From a virus: 37,793 nucleotides of DNA. The notes below the pieces were generated by a model. The model was given only the letters and a program-made list of their open reading frames with translations. It made no database searches and was not told the origin of the DNA. The stretch lies in IMG/VR virus record IMGVR_UViG_3300028584_000490, positions 1 through 37,793 of that record. One strand, given 5' to 3'. Numbering within the stretch: the first letter of the stretch is position 1; each line of letters opens with the position of its first letter. Shown here piece after piece: positions 30,466 to 37,793 of the stretch. Position numbers and translations under genes: made by a program.

Positions 30466-31059
30466 ATGGTGGTAGGGTATGTACGGGTATCAACGGTAAA
30501 ACAAGATGCTGAAAATCAAATGGGTGAGATTTCAAGGTGGTGTGCGTATAGTGGCATGAGTGTAGAAAAAATCGTCAGTGAGACAATCAGCAGCCGAAAA
30601 AAAGAGCGTGAGATCTTTGAGTTGGTGGAGAGTATGGGGGAGGGTGATGTCCTCATCGTCACTGAACTCTCACGGATTGCCCGTAGTGTCAAAGAGCTAT
30701 CGGCGATCACAGAAACGTTGGTGGAGAAAAAAGTTCGGATCGTTTTTCTCAAAGAGGGGCTGGACATCCATGATAATAATCCAGCGGGTAAAATGATGTT
30801 ATCCATATTGGGAAGTATCGCAGAGTTTGAGCGTGATATGATCTCTATTCGTACCAAAGAGGCGATGCAAACCAAGCGTGATAATGGTATCGTCGTGGGA
30901 CGGATCAAGGGATCAAAAAATAAAGAACACAAATTGCTAGGCAAAGAGAAACAGATCCAAGGGTATCTCGATAAAGGGATGAGCAAAACGGATATAATCA
31001 AGGTGCTTGGGGTGAGCCGTGGGACTTTTTATAGTTTTATAGGCGAGATGGGATTATAA
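30466..31059 (+). CDS. Small serine recombinase (resolvase/invertase family, 197 aa)
   Basis: N-terminal VGYVRVSTVKQDAENQ (catalytic Ser), SRIARS, and a C-terminal HTH (SKTDIIKVLGVSRGTFYSF). SD AAGGGG upstream. Confidence 0.85.
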   Translation: MVVGYVRVSTVKQDAENQMGEISRWCAYSGMSVEKIVSETISSRKKEREIFELVESMGEGDVLIVTELSRIARSVKELSAITETLVEKKVRIVFLKEGLDIHDNNPAGKMMLSILGSIAEFERDMISIRTKEAMQTKRDNGIVVGRIKGSKNKEHKLLGKEKQIQGYLDKGMSKTDIIKVLGVSRGTFYSFIGEMGL

Positions 31060-31814
31060 TGTGTGCAATAGGTGGTGCTATGAGTTCAAAAATATATAAA
31101 CATAATCCGGTCATACGCGGTCATATGACGGATGGGAGCAATCCGGCGATTAAAGAGGAAAACCAAAAGGTTATCATGCTCGATGCGTTTGAGATGGATT
31201 TATTCAATGCTATTTATTATTTTTCCCAACAAACACTTTGGCATGATGATCCTGATATGTTGGAGTCTGAATCGGTGGTGATACTGTACTCTAATGTCAA
31301 GAAGTTTTTGGGGATACGCAGTAACGATTTTAAGCCTATGGTAATCAATGCTCTCATCAAGCTGCTCACTACGGAGATCGTATTTAACAGCTACACGTTT
31401 GAGAGCGGTAAAACCCTCAAAAATATGCACGTTCCAATACTGTCTATGTTTGCCGAGGAGGTCAATCTCAATGCTGATGCGTTTGAAGTGATCATCAATC
31501 CTATCATGATTAGAGCAATGGCGCAGCATCATAATAATTTTACTATCGTGGATATGAAAAAAACACGCCGTCTCTCTAGCAAATATGCAAAGCGTTTATA
31601 TGAGTGGTTGTCGAGTATGAAGCAGATCAATAAAAAGATCCGTGTGAATCTCGAAATGATGAATAAGTTGTTGGGGATGGAAGAGAGCGATTTTAAGCGT
31701 GCCAATAAGATCATAAAAAATTCGTATCCTCAACTGTTTGAGCTGTTGAATTTCACGTATGAGTATGATCGCGCAACTAAAGAGATCGTGTTTTTGTTCG
31801 CTACTAAAGGGTGA
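31059..31814 (+). CDS. Rep_3-like iteron-binding plasmid replication initiator (251 aa)
   Basis: Winged-helix-type block RRLSSKYAKRLYEWLSSMKQINKKIRVNLEMMNKLLGMEE...YPQLFELLNFTYEYDRATKEIVFLF. The iteron array follows immediately. TAATG coupling to the recombinase gene. Confidence 0.7.
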   Translation: MCAIGGAMSSKIYKHNPVIRGHMTDGSNPAIKEENQKVIMLDAFEMDLFNAIYYFSQQTLWHDDPDMLESESVVILYSNVKKFLGIRSNDFKPMVINALIKLLTTEIVFNSYTFESGKTLKNMHVPILSMFAEEVNLNADAFEVIINPIMIRAMAQHHNNFTIVDMKKTRRLSSKYAKRLYEWLSSMKQINKKIRVNLEMMNKLLGMEESDFKRANKIIKNSYPQLFELLNFTYEYDRATKEIVFLFATKG

Positions 31815-31822
31815 AATATCTT

Positions 31823-31946
31823 CCCGTAAATGGCTCCTTTTTTCTCCCGTAAACGGCTCCTTTTTTTACCGTAAACGGTACTTTGTTTCCCGTAAACGGC
31901 TCCAAACTTTCCCGTAAACGGTACTTTTTTTACCGTAAACGGTACT
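31823..31946 (+). repeat. Six direct iterons (core CCGTAAACGG; 15-mers at 31823, 31846, 31868, 31889, 31911, 31932), candidate plasmid oriV
   Basis: Read directly. The spacing of 21-23 bp is about two helical turns. Two alternating variants occur (CCCGTAAACGGCTCC and ACCGTAAACGGTACT). T-rich spacers separate them, and an A/T-rich region follows (31950-32080). Confidence 0.9.
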
Positions 31947-32083
31947 TTTTAATTTTATTCACACCCTATACGCTCCCATAAACACGCTGTTTTGTAAAGT
32001 TTTTCACATTCCCTAAATACTTCTAAGTTCTTATATAAATAAAATATAAATGGCTTTCACTGGTATTTTTTAGTATGTGAATA

Positions 32084-32102
32084 GTTAAAACCCATCCTAT
32101 AC
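32084..32102 (+). promoter_or_regulatory. Late-block motif copy c (GTTAAAACCCATCCTATAC)
   Basis: Identical to 6780-6798. It ends 39 nt before the portal ATG 32142. Confidence 0.55.
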
Positions 32103-32141
32103 GTAGCGTACTCTTTGGAAAATAAAACCCAAGGGTACATT

Positions 32142-33767
32142 ATGGCACTGTCTAAAAAAGATCAAGCGGATCTTACTCTCATCAACAATGCGTTTGCACG
32201 TCAAGAAAAATATCACGGTCAATGGAAAATGTTTGACGATTATTTCAGGGGGCGTTTTAGTGAGGATCAATGGAAGCGACTCAAAAAAACGAAGCGCTCC
32301 AAACTCTTTATCCCGGTGATCCGTAACATCATCAATATCACGAAGTCAATTTTTACCACGAGCTTTTTTAGCTCCGGTTGTCCTATCGAGGCTATGTATA
32401 TCGGGGATAGTGATCGTGAGAAAGCTAACGTGATCACGACGCTTGCAAAGTATCACTACGATAAGGATAAGCCGTACAAAGAGTTGGCGCGTGCTTTTTG
32501 GTCGGCTCTCACTATGCGTATGGGGATTGTAATCAGCTATTGGGATACGGATCGTATCAGAACTCGGGAAATATTCATCAAAGACATTGCGTTTGACTAT
32601 GAGGCTACGGGGATCGATGATATTGAATATCTGTCATATCGGCTGTGGGAGAGCGGCAATGCGATCTTAACCAAGATCAAAAGCGGGTTTTATAAGATCA
32701 GTGAGAAAGATTTTTTTGGTAATGACTCATCGACGTATTTTTCCAAACGGTATGAAGTCAAAGAGCTGATCCGTCGTGATGGTAAAAAATGGTCATGCCG
32801 CACGTTTTGTGATGGGAAGCTACTGCGTAAAGCCTCGTTTGAACGTAACCCGTTTCAGTATGGCTATGCCATCGATGAGTACAAGCACCACGATAAGGAT
32901 CGCGCACGAGATCAGATCATGGTGTATGGCGGATCATTGGTCGCGACACTAAAGGAGATTCAAGATGAGATCAATATTAAGAGAAATCAAAAAAACGACA
33001 TCCAGGAAGAGAAGATTAATCCAACATGGTTTATTGGGGATACAGTACAGGTTAATCCTTTTGACCTCAAAAAAGGGGCGGGAACTGCTATCAAAGTGAC
33101 GGGGGCGATGAGTCCCTCAAATATGATGATGCGTCCTACTCCAAGCCAGGGAGATTTGGATAATGATCTGGCAATGCTCACCAAACAAGATCTCGAAGAT
33201 GCAAGCGGTATCAATGGGATCATGCGCGGGGCTACGAGTACAAGTGATCGCAGAAGTGCTGCATCGCTATCTATCGTCAATGCAAACAGCTCCCCGCGTA
33301 TCGAGGATATGATTATGCTCATATCCGATACGCTGTTTCATCATTGGGCAAAAAATTTCGTCTATCTCGCAATCAAACATTCCAGCGATGATCTGATCCA
33401 CCGTCTCACAGAGCGCAATGATTTTCCATTGGGGAGATTTGGAGCTAGGGATGCCGGGGATTATGACATCCGTATTAATTTTGGAAGTACGATCAATAAA
33501 GAGGCTAAGGTTAATGATCTACTCTCGATCACACAAATGCTGCTGCAAAATCCTAAAGTCAATCCAGCGATCATCGAGGGGATGATCAAAGAGATCGTAA
33601 ACATGAAGTTGGGAGAAAATACCAATCTCACCGAACTCTTTACCCAGGCGATGATGCAAGAAGATCCAATGGAAAACCCTAATGAAATGGTGGAAGCACC
33701 GCAAGAAGCGATGATCGATCCGCAAGAAGAGCGCGAAAAGATGCTAATGGCAGCGGGAAGTTTGTAA
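32142..33767 (+). CDS. Portal protein candidate (541 aa)
   Basis: The size and position (first gene of the head module, upstream of scaffold and capsid) support the call, as does the acidic C-terminus. I prefer ATG 32142 (MALSKKDQ...) to the track's TTG 32115. No motif-level confirmation. Confidence 0.6.
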   Translation: MALSKKDQADLTLINNAFARQEKYHGQWKMFDDYFRGRFSEDQWKRLKKTKRSKLFIPVIRNIINITKSIFTTSFFSSGCPIEAMYIGDSDREKANVITTLAKYHYDKDKPYKELARAFWSALTMRMGIVISYWDTDRIRTREIFIKDIAFDYEATGIDDIEYLSYRLWESGNAILTKIKSGFYKISEKDFFGNDSSTYFSKRYEVKELIRRDGKKWSCRTFCDGKLLRKASFERNPFQYGYAIDEYKHHDKDRARDQIMVYGGSLVATLKEIQDEINIKRNQKNDIQEEKINPTWFIGDTVQVNPFDLKKGAGTAIKVTGAMSPSNMMMRPTPSQGDLDNDLAMLTKQDLEDASGINGIMRGATSTSDRRSAASLSIVNANSSPRIEDMIMLISDTLFHHWAKNFVYLAIKHSSDDLIHRLTERNDFPLGRFGARDAGDYDIRINFGSTINKEAKVNDLLSITQMLLQNPKVNPAIIEGMIKEIVNMKLGENTNLTELFTQAMMQEDPMENPNEMVEAPQEAMIDPQEEREKMLMAAGSL

Positions 33768-33781
33768 TTGTGTAAAAACAC

Positions 33782-33800
33782 ATCCTATGGGGATGTTATA
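33782..33800 (+). promoter_or_regulatory. Late-block motif copy d (GTAAAAACACATCCTATGG), overlapping a small hairpin plus T-run
   Basis: The core AAAAAC-ATCCTAT is shared with copies a-c. ACATCC (33790-33795) pairs with GGATGT (33801-33806), followed by TATAGTTTTTT. It ends 31 nt before ATG 33832. Confidence 0.45.
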
Positions 33801-33831
33801 GTTTTTTGATTAAACCAAATAGGAGCATTTC

Positions 33832-34083
33832 ATGGCGAAGCAAAAAGAAGAAAATCTCGGAACTTTTATCAAAAAGCACCCAAGCGGTATGCTAGAAACG
33901 GATAAGGGTGAGAAGAGTTTTCAAGGTAATATCGGAGAGGTATTTATGCGCGGTGAGGACGGCAAGACGTTTATTGTTGCTAAGGGATCTGCTGGCAAAG
34001 AAACTAAAGCTGAAAAAGCAGCGCGTGAAGCTGCTGAAAAAGCAGAAGCAGATCGTATTTTAGCCGAGGCTGAGGCGCAGTAA
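33832..34083 (+). CDS. Hypothetical head-module protein (83 aa, K/E/A-rich C-terminus)
   Basis: SD TAGGAG upstream. It lies between the portal and scaffold candidates. Confidence 0.5.
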   Translation: MAKQKEENLGTFIKKHPSGMLETDKGEKSFQGNIGEVFMRGEDGKTFIVAKGSAGKETKAEKAAREAAEKAEADRILAEAEAQ

Positions 34084-34526
34084 TGGAAGAGGATTATCAA
34101 GAAGAGCAAGGGACGCAAGAGCAAACCGCTGCTATTGCGCCTCAAAGTGCCGATACGGTAACGATGAGCCGTGAAGAGCTGCAACAGCTCATGGCTCCAA
34201 TGCAAGAGTACAGCCAAGAAAAAGCGGTCACGGCTGCTACGAGTGATATTCAAAGCCGTATTGCGGATTTTGATTTAGGCAAAGTACACGATGCGCTCAA
34301 AGAGTTGCACAAAACGAACCCATCCCAGGCGGAGGCAATGAACAACCCACAAGGTTGGGAGTTGCTTTGGATGCGGGAGCTTGCTGGTAAAACAGTGAGC
34401 GCGGATGCGGTGAACGCTGGACGAAATGTAGATTCGGACGGTGGGCGGCAAGCGGTGATCGATAAGATCTCACGAGGTGAGGGTGGCGTGACTGATCGCG
34501 TTAGCCTTATGGAAAAATACGTTTAA
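34083..34526 (+). CDS. Scaffolding protein candidate (147 aa)
   Basis: Acidic and helical, and immediately upstream of the capsid gene. TAATG coupling to the previous gene. Confidence 0.5.
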   Translation: MEEDYQEEQGTQEQTAAIAPQSADTVTMSREELQQLMAPMQEYSQEKAVTAATSDIQSRIADFDLGKVHDALKELHKTNPSQAEAMNNPQGWELLWMRELAGKTVSADAVNAGRNVDSDGGRQAVIDKISRGEGGVTDRVSLMEKYV

Positions 34527-34546
34527 CCTTTGGAGGGTAAATAATC

Positions 34547-35455
34547 ATGGATTTAATGACAACACGCGAAGCCTACGGGCATGACATCGATCTCTACGAA
34601 GAGATCAAGCAGTTTGGATGGGTAGAAACCCCGTTTTTGGCAAGTTTGGCGGATAAAGCGCCACGCGCACGCACAAACCCTGGTTTTGGACATCAATGGA
34701 AATTTATGAACGTGCCTGATGGTGCCGTGAATAAAAACTTAGAGGGTGCTCCGTCGGTTGCAGCTGAGAAGTTTTCATTGGGTTCAGCTACTAATCACTA
34801 TCAGATTTTCAAAAACACCTTTGGTGTTACGCGTTCAGAAATGAAAGCTACGGGGATCGATGGTAAAAAAGAGTTGGCACGTCAAATGGACATGAGCCGT
34901 ATCAAACACATGAAATCTATCGAGATGGCATTGTGTGGAGCGCAAGCACCGGTACAGCGTGTCACATCAGGTACCGAAGTTGCGGGAGAGCTTGGTGGTG
35001 TTAAACACTTCTTGACTGCTAATACAGATGTTGGTATGGCAAGTGCGACATTGACATGGGGCATGATCCGTGATCTTTTGAAAATCGGATTTATGAAAGG
35101 TATGCCATACAACTATATCATGATGGGTTCTGATCAAAAAGATGCTCTCGATGATATTTTGTTTAGCAAAACTACGTCTAACAATATGGCAAATAGCCGT
35201 ATCGACAACAACGTAACTGTAATCGGTAACACGGCGTATGGTAATAACATCAAAGTTATTCTTAACCCGTTCCTCGATGCTACTGAGATCTTGGCGTATA
35301 ACTCCGAGTATGTTAATCCGGTTATTTGGGATCCTACTCATGTAGGTGACATCAGCAAAGATCAAGACGGTGTATCTAAACAGATGATCACTGAAATGAC
35401 GTTGCGTGTTGAGCATGAATATGCAATAGGTCGTTTGAAAGCGTTGGCGGTATAA
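34547..35455 (+). CDS. Major capsid protein (HK97-fold; SU10/DUF5309-like by recollection, 302 aa)
   Basis: Position after the scaffold and size support the call. N-terminal block WVETPFLASLADKAPRARTNPGFGHQWKF resembles the conserved (E)TPF...H.W block of that capsid family. SD GGAGGG upstream. Confidence 0.7.
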   Translation: MDLMTTREAYGHDIDLYEEIKQFGWVETPFLASLADKAPRARTNPGFGHQWKFMNVPDGAVNKNLEGAPSVAAEKFSLGSATNHYQIFKNTFGVTRSEMKATGIDGKKELARQMDMSRIKHMKSIEMALCGAQAPVQRVTSGTEVAGELGGVKHFLTANTDVGMASATLTWGMIRDLLKIGFMKGMPYNYIMMGSDQKDALDDILFSKTTSNNMANSRIDNNVTVIGNTAYGNNIKVILNPFLDATEILAYNSEYVNPVIWDPTHVGDISKDQDGVSKQMITEMTLRVEHEYAIGRLKALAV

Positions 35456-35457
35456 TC

Positions 35458-35865
35458 ATGGCAACGTATGGGGAAGTAACACGACGTATCCGCAGTGAGT
35501 TGTCAAGTGATCGCAGTTTCACTGATGAATCACTTTTGGACGCTGTTACGGATTCCATGCGTGATATTGCTAAGAGGTGTGTTCCTCTTAGCCTAGTATG
35601 CCAAGGAAATGTTGAGCCATTATTTCGATGGATTGACGATGTGAATTTCATTCGTACTATTGCTGTTCCATCAGGAACATTGATCGAAGAGATTGACATC
35701 GATGATTTATTGCGTGAAGCAGTTGTGTTTGGGTCATGCAAAGTATTGAGCCGTGATCGAAAAGGTGACTATCACACCCTAATGCTGCAAGAGATAAATA
35801 ACTATAACTGGGCAATCTATGAGGGGGAGTCCAATGTCGCTGATCTACTCACAGACGGATACTAA
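35458..35865 (+). CDS. Head-tail adaptor/connector candidate (135 aa)
   Basis: Position only: it directly follows the capsid gene. Confidence 0.4.
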   Translation: MATYGEVTRRIRSELSSDRSFTDESLLDAVTDSMRDIAKRCVPLSLVCQGNVEPLFRWIDDVNFIRTIAVPSGTLIEEIDIDDLLREAVVFGSCKVLSRDRKGDYHTLMLQEINNYNWAIYEGESNVADLLTDGY

Positions 35866-36259
35866 TTACACCGAACTATCAACACGATGGGGTAATACTC
35901 CTACAACTACGGACGTATGTGTTGCACTATCCACCGAGTCATTACTGCAAAGCGATGAGCCAAATTATAATCTAGTTTCTGATCGATGGAATCAGGGTGT
36001 CCCTTATTTTAAAGTACAAAACCTTGGTGCTGTTTCCTATATATTTGAATGTACCTATGTTGATCGTATCGATGGTTATATGGTGTCGGAGTGTTCTGCA
36101 TCATTGCTGCGATCAGAGCTAGAGCATTTTAATGACTTTATCCGTTATCAAGATTTAGAGATTACAAGGGCTGATCTTGTTGCCCTGAATGATCTGTTGG
36201 TGAGCATGGTGCTTACCGGAAATGACTGTAACACATTACAAGGAGCAAGCTGTGGATAA
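35834..36259 (+). CDS. Hypothetical virion protein (141 aa) upstream of the tail fibre
   Basis: I prefer ATG 35834 (MSLIYSQTD...), which has GGGGGAG upstream. Its stop overlaps the tail-fibre GTG. Confidence 0.45.
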   Translation: MSLIYSQTDTNYTELSTRWGNTPTTTDVCVALSTESLLQSDEPNYNLVSDRWNQGVPYFKVQNLGAVSYIFECTYVDRIDGYMVSECSASLLRSELEHFNDFIRYQDLEITRADLVALNDLLVSMVLTGNDCNTLQGASCG

Positions 36260-37793
36260 GTTTATTGATATTTTACGAAATATAAGGGATGTTTTATACC
36301 CCGAAATGGTTGCGATGTATAACACTATTGTTGGTTCAAATCCGCTTGGAATGGATGGCAAAGTCGATAAAGTAAGTGGAAAGCAGCTCTCTACTGAGGA
36401 CTACACAGCTTTAGAGAAAAACAAGCTCTCATTAATAGAGGAACAAGCCAATCATTATACGCATCCATCCCAACACCCCGCATCTATTATTGATGGGTCA
36501 ATGTATCCGTCTCAATTTGTAAAGACAGACGCTCTTGGAAATACCGGGTTTGGATATGTGGGATGGGGTGAGATTGTAGGGAAGCCATCTGATTCAGATA
36601 ATGTAGAGCTTATAACCAACAAAGGTGTTCCAAACGGGTATGCCCCTCTTGATGCAACGGGAAAAATAAATCCATCTTTTATCAGCTCATTAAATACTGT
36701 TGATGTTTTTACCCCGGCTGATGAAGCTTCTATGCTTTTGCTAACAGCGGGGCTTGGGGATATTGCATACAGACAAGATAACACAAACAGCTATATGCTT
36801 GTCGCCAATCCAGCCTCTACGTTGGCAAATTGGAAGCAACTCAACCTCGTTGGGGTTTCAAGTTTCAACGGAGCTATTGGCGCGGTTAATGTAGATACGT
36901 CTAGCATACCGGAGGGTACAAACCAATATTTCACCAATGAGCGTGTGGATGATCGTATGGCTGCTCTCGTAAAGGCGGGTACAAATGTATCAATAGTTTA
37001 TGATGATGTATCAAATACTCTTACAATCAGCGCTGATGATACATCAGTATTATGGAGTCAGCTGCAAAATGTTCCTACGACGTTTGCCCCATCTGCGCAT
37101 AATCATGTTGTTGCGGATCTAAGTGATGCTGATACATTGGTTAGAAAAGACTCGGCTACTGGAGCTGCTTATATGCCATCAGGTACAACAGCACAACGTC
37201 CAGTAAGCCCAGTGAATGGGTATATGAGATATAACTCAGAACTGCTGGCTATGGAAGCATATACAAATGGAGCATGGGGTTCAGTAGCAGATACTAATGG
37301 TGTTGTATTGACAACAACTAATCAGGATGTAGCTGGAATAAAAACCTTTAGCTCATCCCCAGTCATCCCCAATGCTACACTAGGTACTCACCCACTTGCT
37401 GCAAAGCAATCAGGAGGTAGACGCAACTACCTAATCAATGGTAACTTTGACTCATGGCAATATGGTACAAGTCAGAGTATTTCAGGATATGGTAGTGATG
37501 ATAGGTGGATTAACGTAAATGTAGGATCAACTAAAACACATATCCAAGTAGCTTGCACAGATACTGAAAGAGCTTTATTTAATGCTAGTAAGTTTTCACG
37601 AATGGTAGTATCTAGCGTTGCTGGCGCAAGTAATTATGTCCAAAAAGTTCAGGCAATAGAGGATGTAACAAAACTTGCTGGTAAAACAGTAACATTGTCA
37701 TTTTGGGCTAAAGCTGATAGTAATAAAAATATAGCTATTGCTTTTAGACAATTTTTTGGGAGTGGAGGCACTCCATCAGTACAAGTTGCTGGC
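36252..37793 (+). CDS. Tail fibre protein, 5' part (open at window end; continues at base 1 to 759; joined product about 687 aa)
   Basis: There is no stop from GTG 36252 to the window end. AGGAG lies at 36241-36245, 6 nt upstream, and the start overlaps the previous stop in GTGGATAA. The frame is the same as 1..759 once the 237-nt overlap is removed. Tail-fibre-type motifs in the translation: HYTHPSQHPASIIDG, NQYFTNERVDDRMAALVKAG, GTTAQRPVSPVNGYMRYNSELLAMEAYTNGAWGSV. It is absent from the ORF track because it has no stop inside the window. Confidence 0.85.
   Translation, partial: MDKFIDILRNIRDVLYPEMVAMYNTIVGSNPLGMDGKVDKVSGKQLSTEDYTALEKNKLSLIEEQANHYTHPSQHPASIIDGSMYPSQFVKTDALGNTGFGYVGWGEIVGKPSDSDNVELITNKGVPNGYAPLDATGKINPSFISSLNTVDVFTPADEASMLLLTAGLGDIAYRQDNTNSYMLVANPASTLANWKQLNLVGVSSFNGAIGAVNVDTSSIPEGTNQYFTNERVDDRMAALVKAGTNVSIVYDDVSNTLTISADDTSVLWSQLQNVPTTFAPSAHNHVVADLSDADTLVRKDSATGAAYMPSGTTAQRPVSPVNGYMRYNSELLAMEAYTNGAWGSVADTNGVVLTTTNQDVAGIKTFSSSPVIPNATLGTHPLAAKQSGGRRNYLINGNFDSWQYGTSQSISGYGSDDRWINVNVGSTKTHIQVACTDTERALFNASKFSRMVVSSVAGASNYVQKVQAIEDVTKLAGKTVTLSFWAKADSNKNIAIAFRQFFGSGGTPSVQVAG
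37557..37793. repeat. Terminal direct repeat, right copy (identical to 1-237)
   Basis: Same 237 nt as the window start. Confidence 0.95.

Noticed and set aside
31823-31946. Possibility that the CCGTAAACGG array (or the TGTTGCGGC array at 21113-21202) is a CRISPR array
   Set aside because: The repeat units are only 9-15 nt, with 3-8 nt T-rich spacers. There are no unique 30-nt spacers and no cas genes. The position next to a Rep gene fits iterons.
36330-36350. tRNA-like T-loop sequence GGTTCAAATCC inside the tail-fibre gene
   Set aside because: The flanking bases do not form a T-stem (GTTGG versus CCGCT) or an acceptor stem. It sits in-frame in a coding region, so I treat it as a chance match. 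No tRNA was found elsewhere by eye.
1-37793. Searched by eye for a reverse transcriptase (retron/DGR), Cas genes, known toxin-antitoxin families, a tyrosine integrase, a protelomerase and a phage RNA polymerase
   Set aside because: No ORF shows the corresponding motifs: YxDD for RT, the R..HxxR..Y tetrad context for a tyrosine integrase, or large unexplained ORFs other than the 726-aa protein. Absence by eye is not proof; HMM scans are needed.

Overview
The window is one complete, closed replicon. Bases 1-237 are identical to 37557-37793, giving a 37,556 bp unit, and a tail-fibre reading frame runs straight through that junction. The content is a temperate tailed phage of a Gram-negative host that also carries a full plasmid-maintenance kit, so I read it as a phage-plasmid.

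Almost everything is on the + strand.
- Lysogeny switch: an S24 CI-like repressor (19711-20361, -) faces an XRE Cro-like gene (20471-20689, +).
- Early/replication operon: an array of TGTTGCGGC repeats, a split DnaG-type primase (zf-CHC2 ORF, an inserted compact C5-methyltransferase, then a Toprim + P4/D5-type helicase), a DUF736-like protein with an SSB-type EDEIPF tail, and an all-alpha NTP-pyrophosphohydrolase-like protein.
- Packaging: TerS candidate, a PAPS-reductase-like PP-loop protein, and TerL.
- Plasmid module wedged between TerL and portal: small serine recombinase, Rep_3-like initiator, and six 21-23 bp-spaced CCGTAAACGG iterons.
- Morphogenesis: portal, scaffold, HK97-like capsid, two adaptor candidates, and the tail fibre, which wraps the junction.
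- Lysis: M15 endolysin, holin, and overlapping i-/o-spanins.
- A block of glycine-rich and low-complexity late proteins, ending in a 2426-aa polyvalent protein (N6-adenine MTase + SNF2-type helicase, P1 DarB-like architecture) and a coupled 726-aa protein.

The minus strand carries only two operons. One is the repressor plus two small envelope proteins. The other is a hand-found five-gene operon of tiny, translationally coupled proteins, divergent from parA.

A type Ib-like ParA plus RHH (ParG-like) partition pair is present. I saw no integrase, tRNA, rRNA, CRISPR array or reverse transcriptase.

The most interesting items:
- the virion-module polyvalent MTase-helicase;
- two separate iteron-like origins;
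- the primase split by a minimal C5-MTase;
- the DUF736/SSB-tail hybrid;
- a conserved ~19-nt motif preceding each of four late transcription blocks;
- a ~770 bp G-rich non-coding island;
- the tiny-protein operon;
- strong GATC and GC mosaicism.

All family assignments come from motif recognition by eye and need HMM or structure confirmation.
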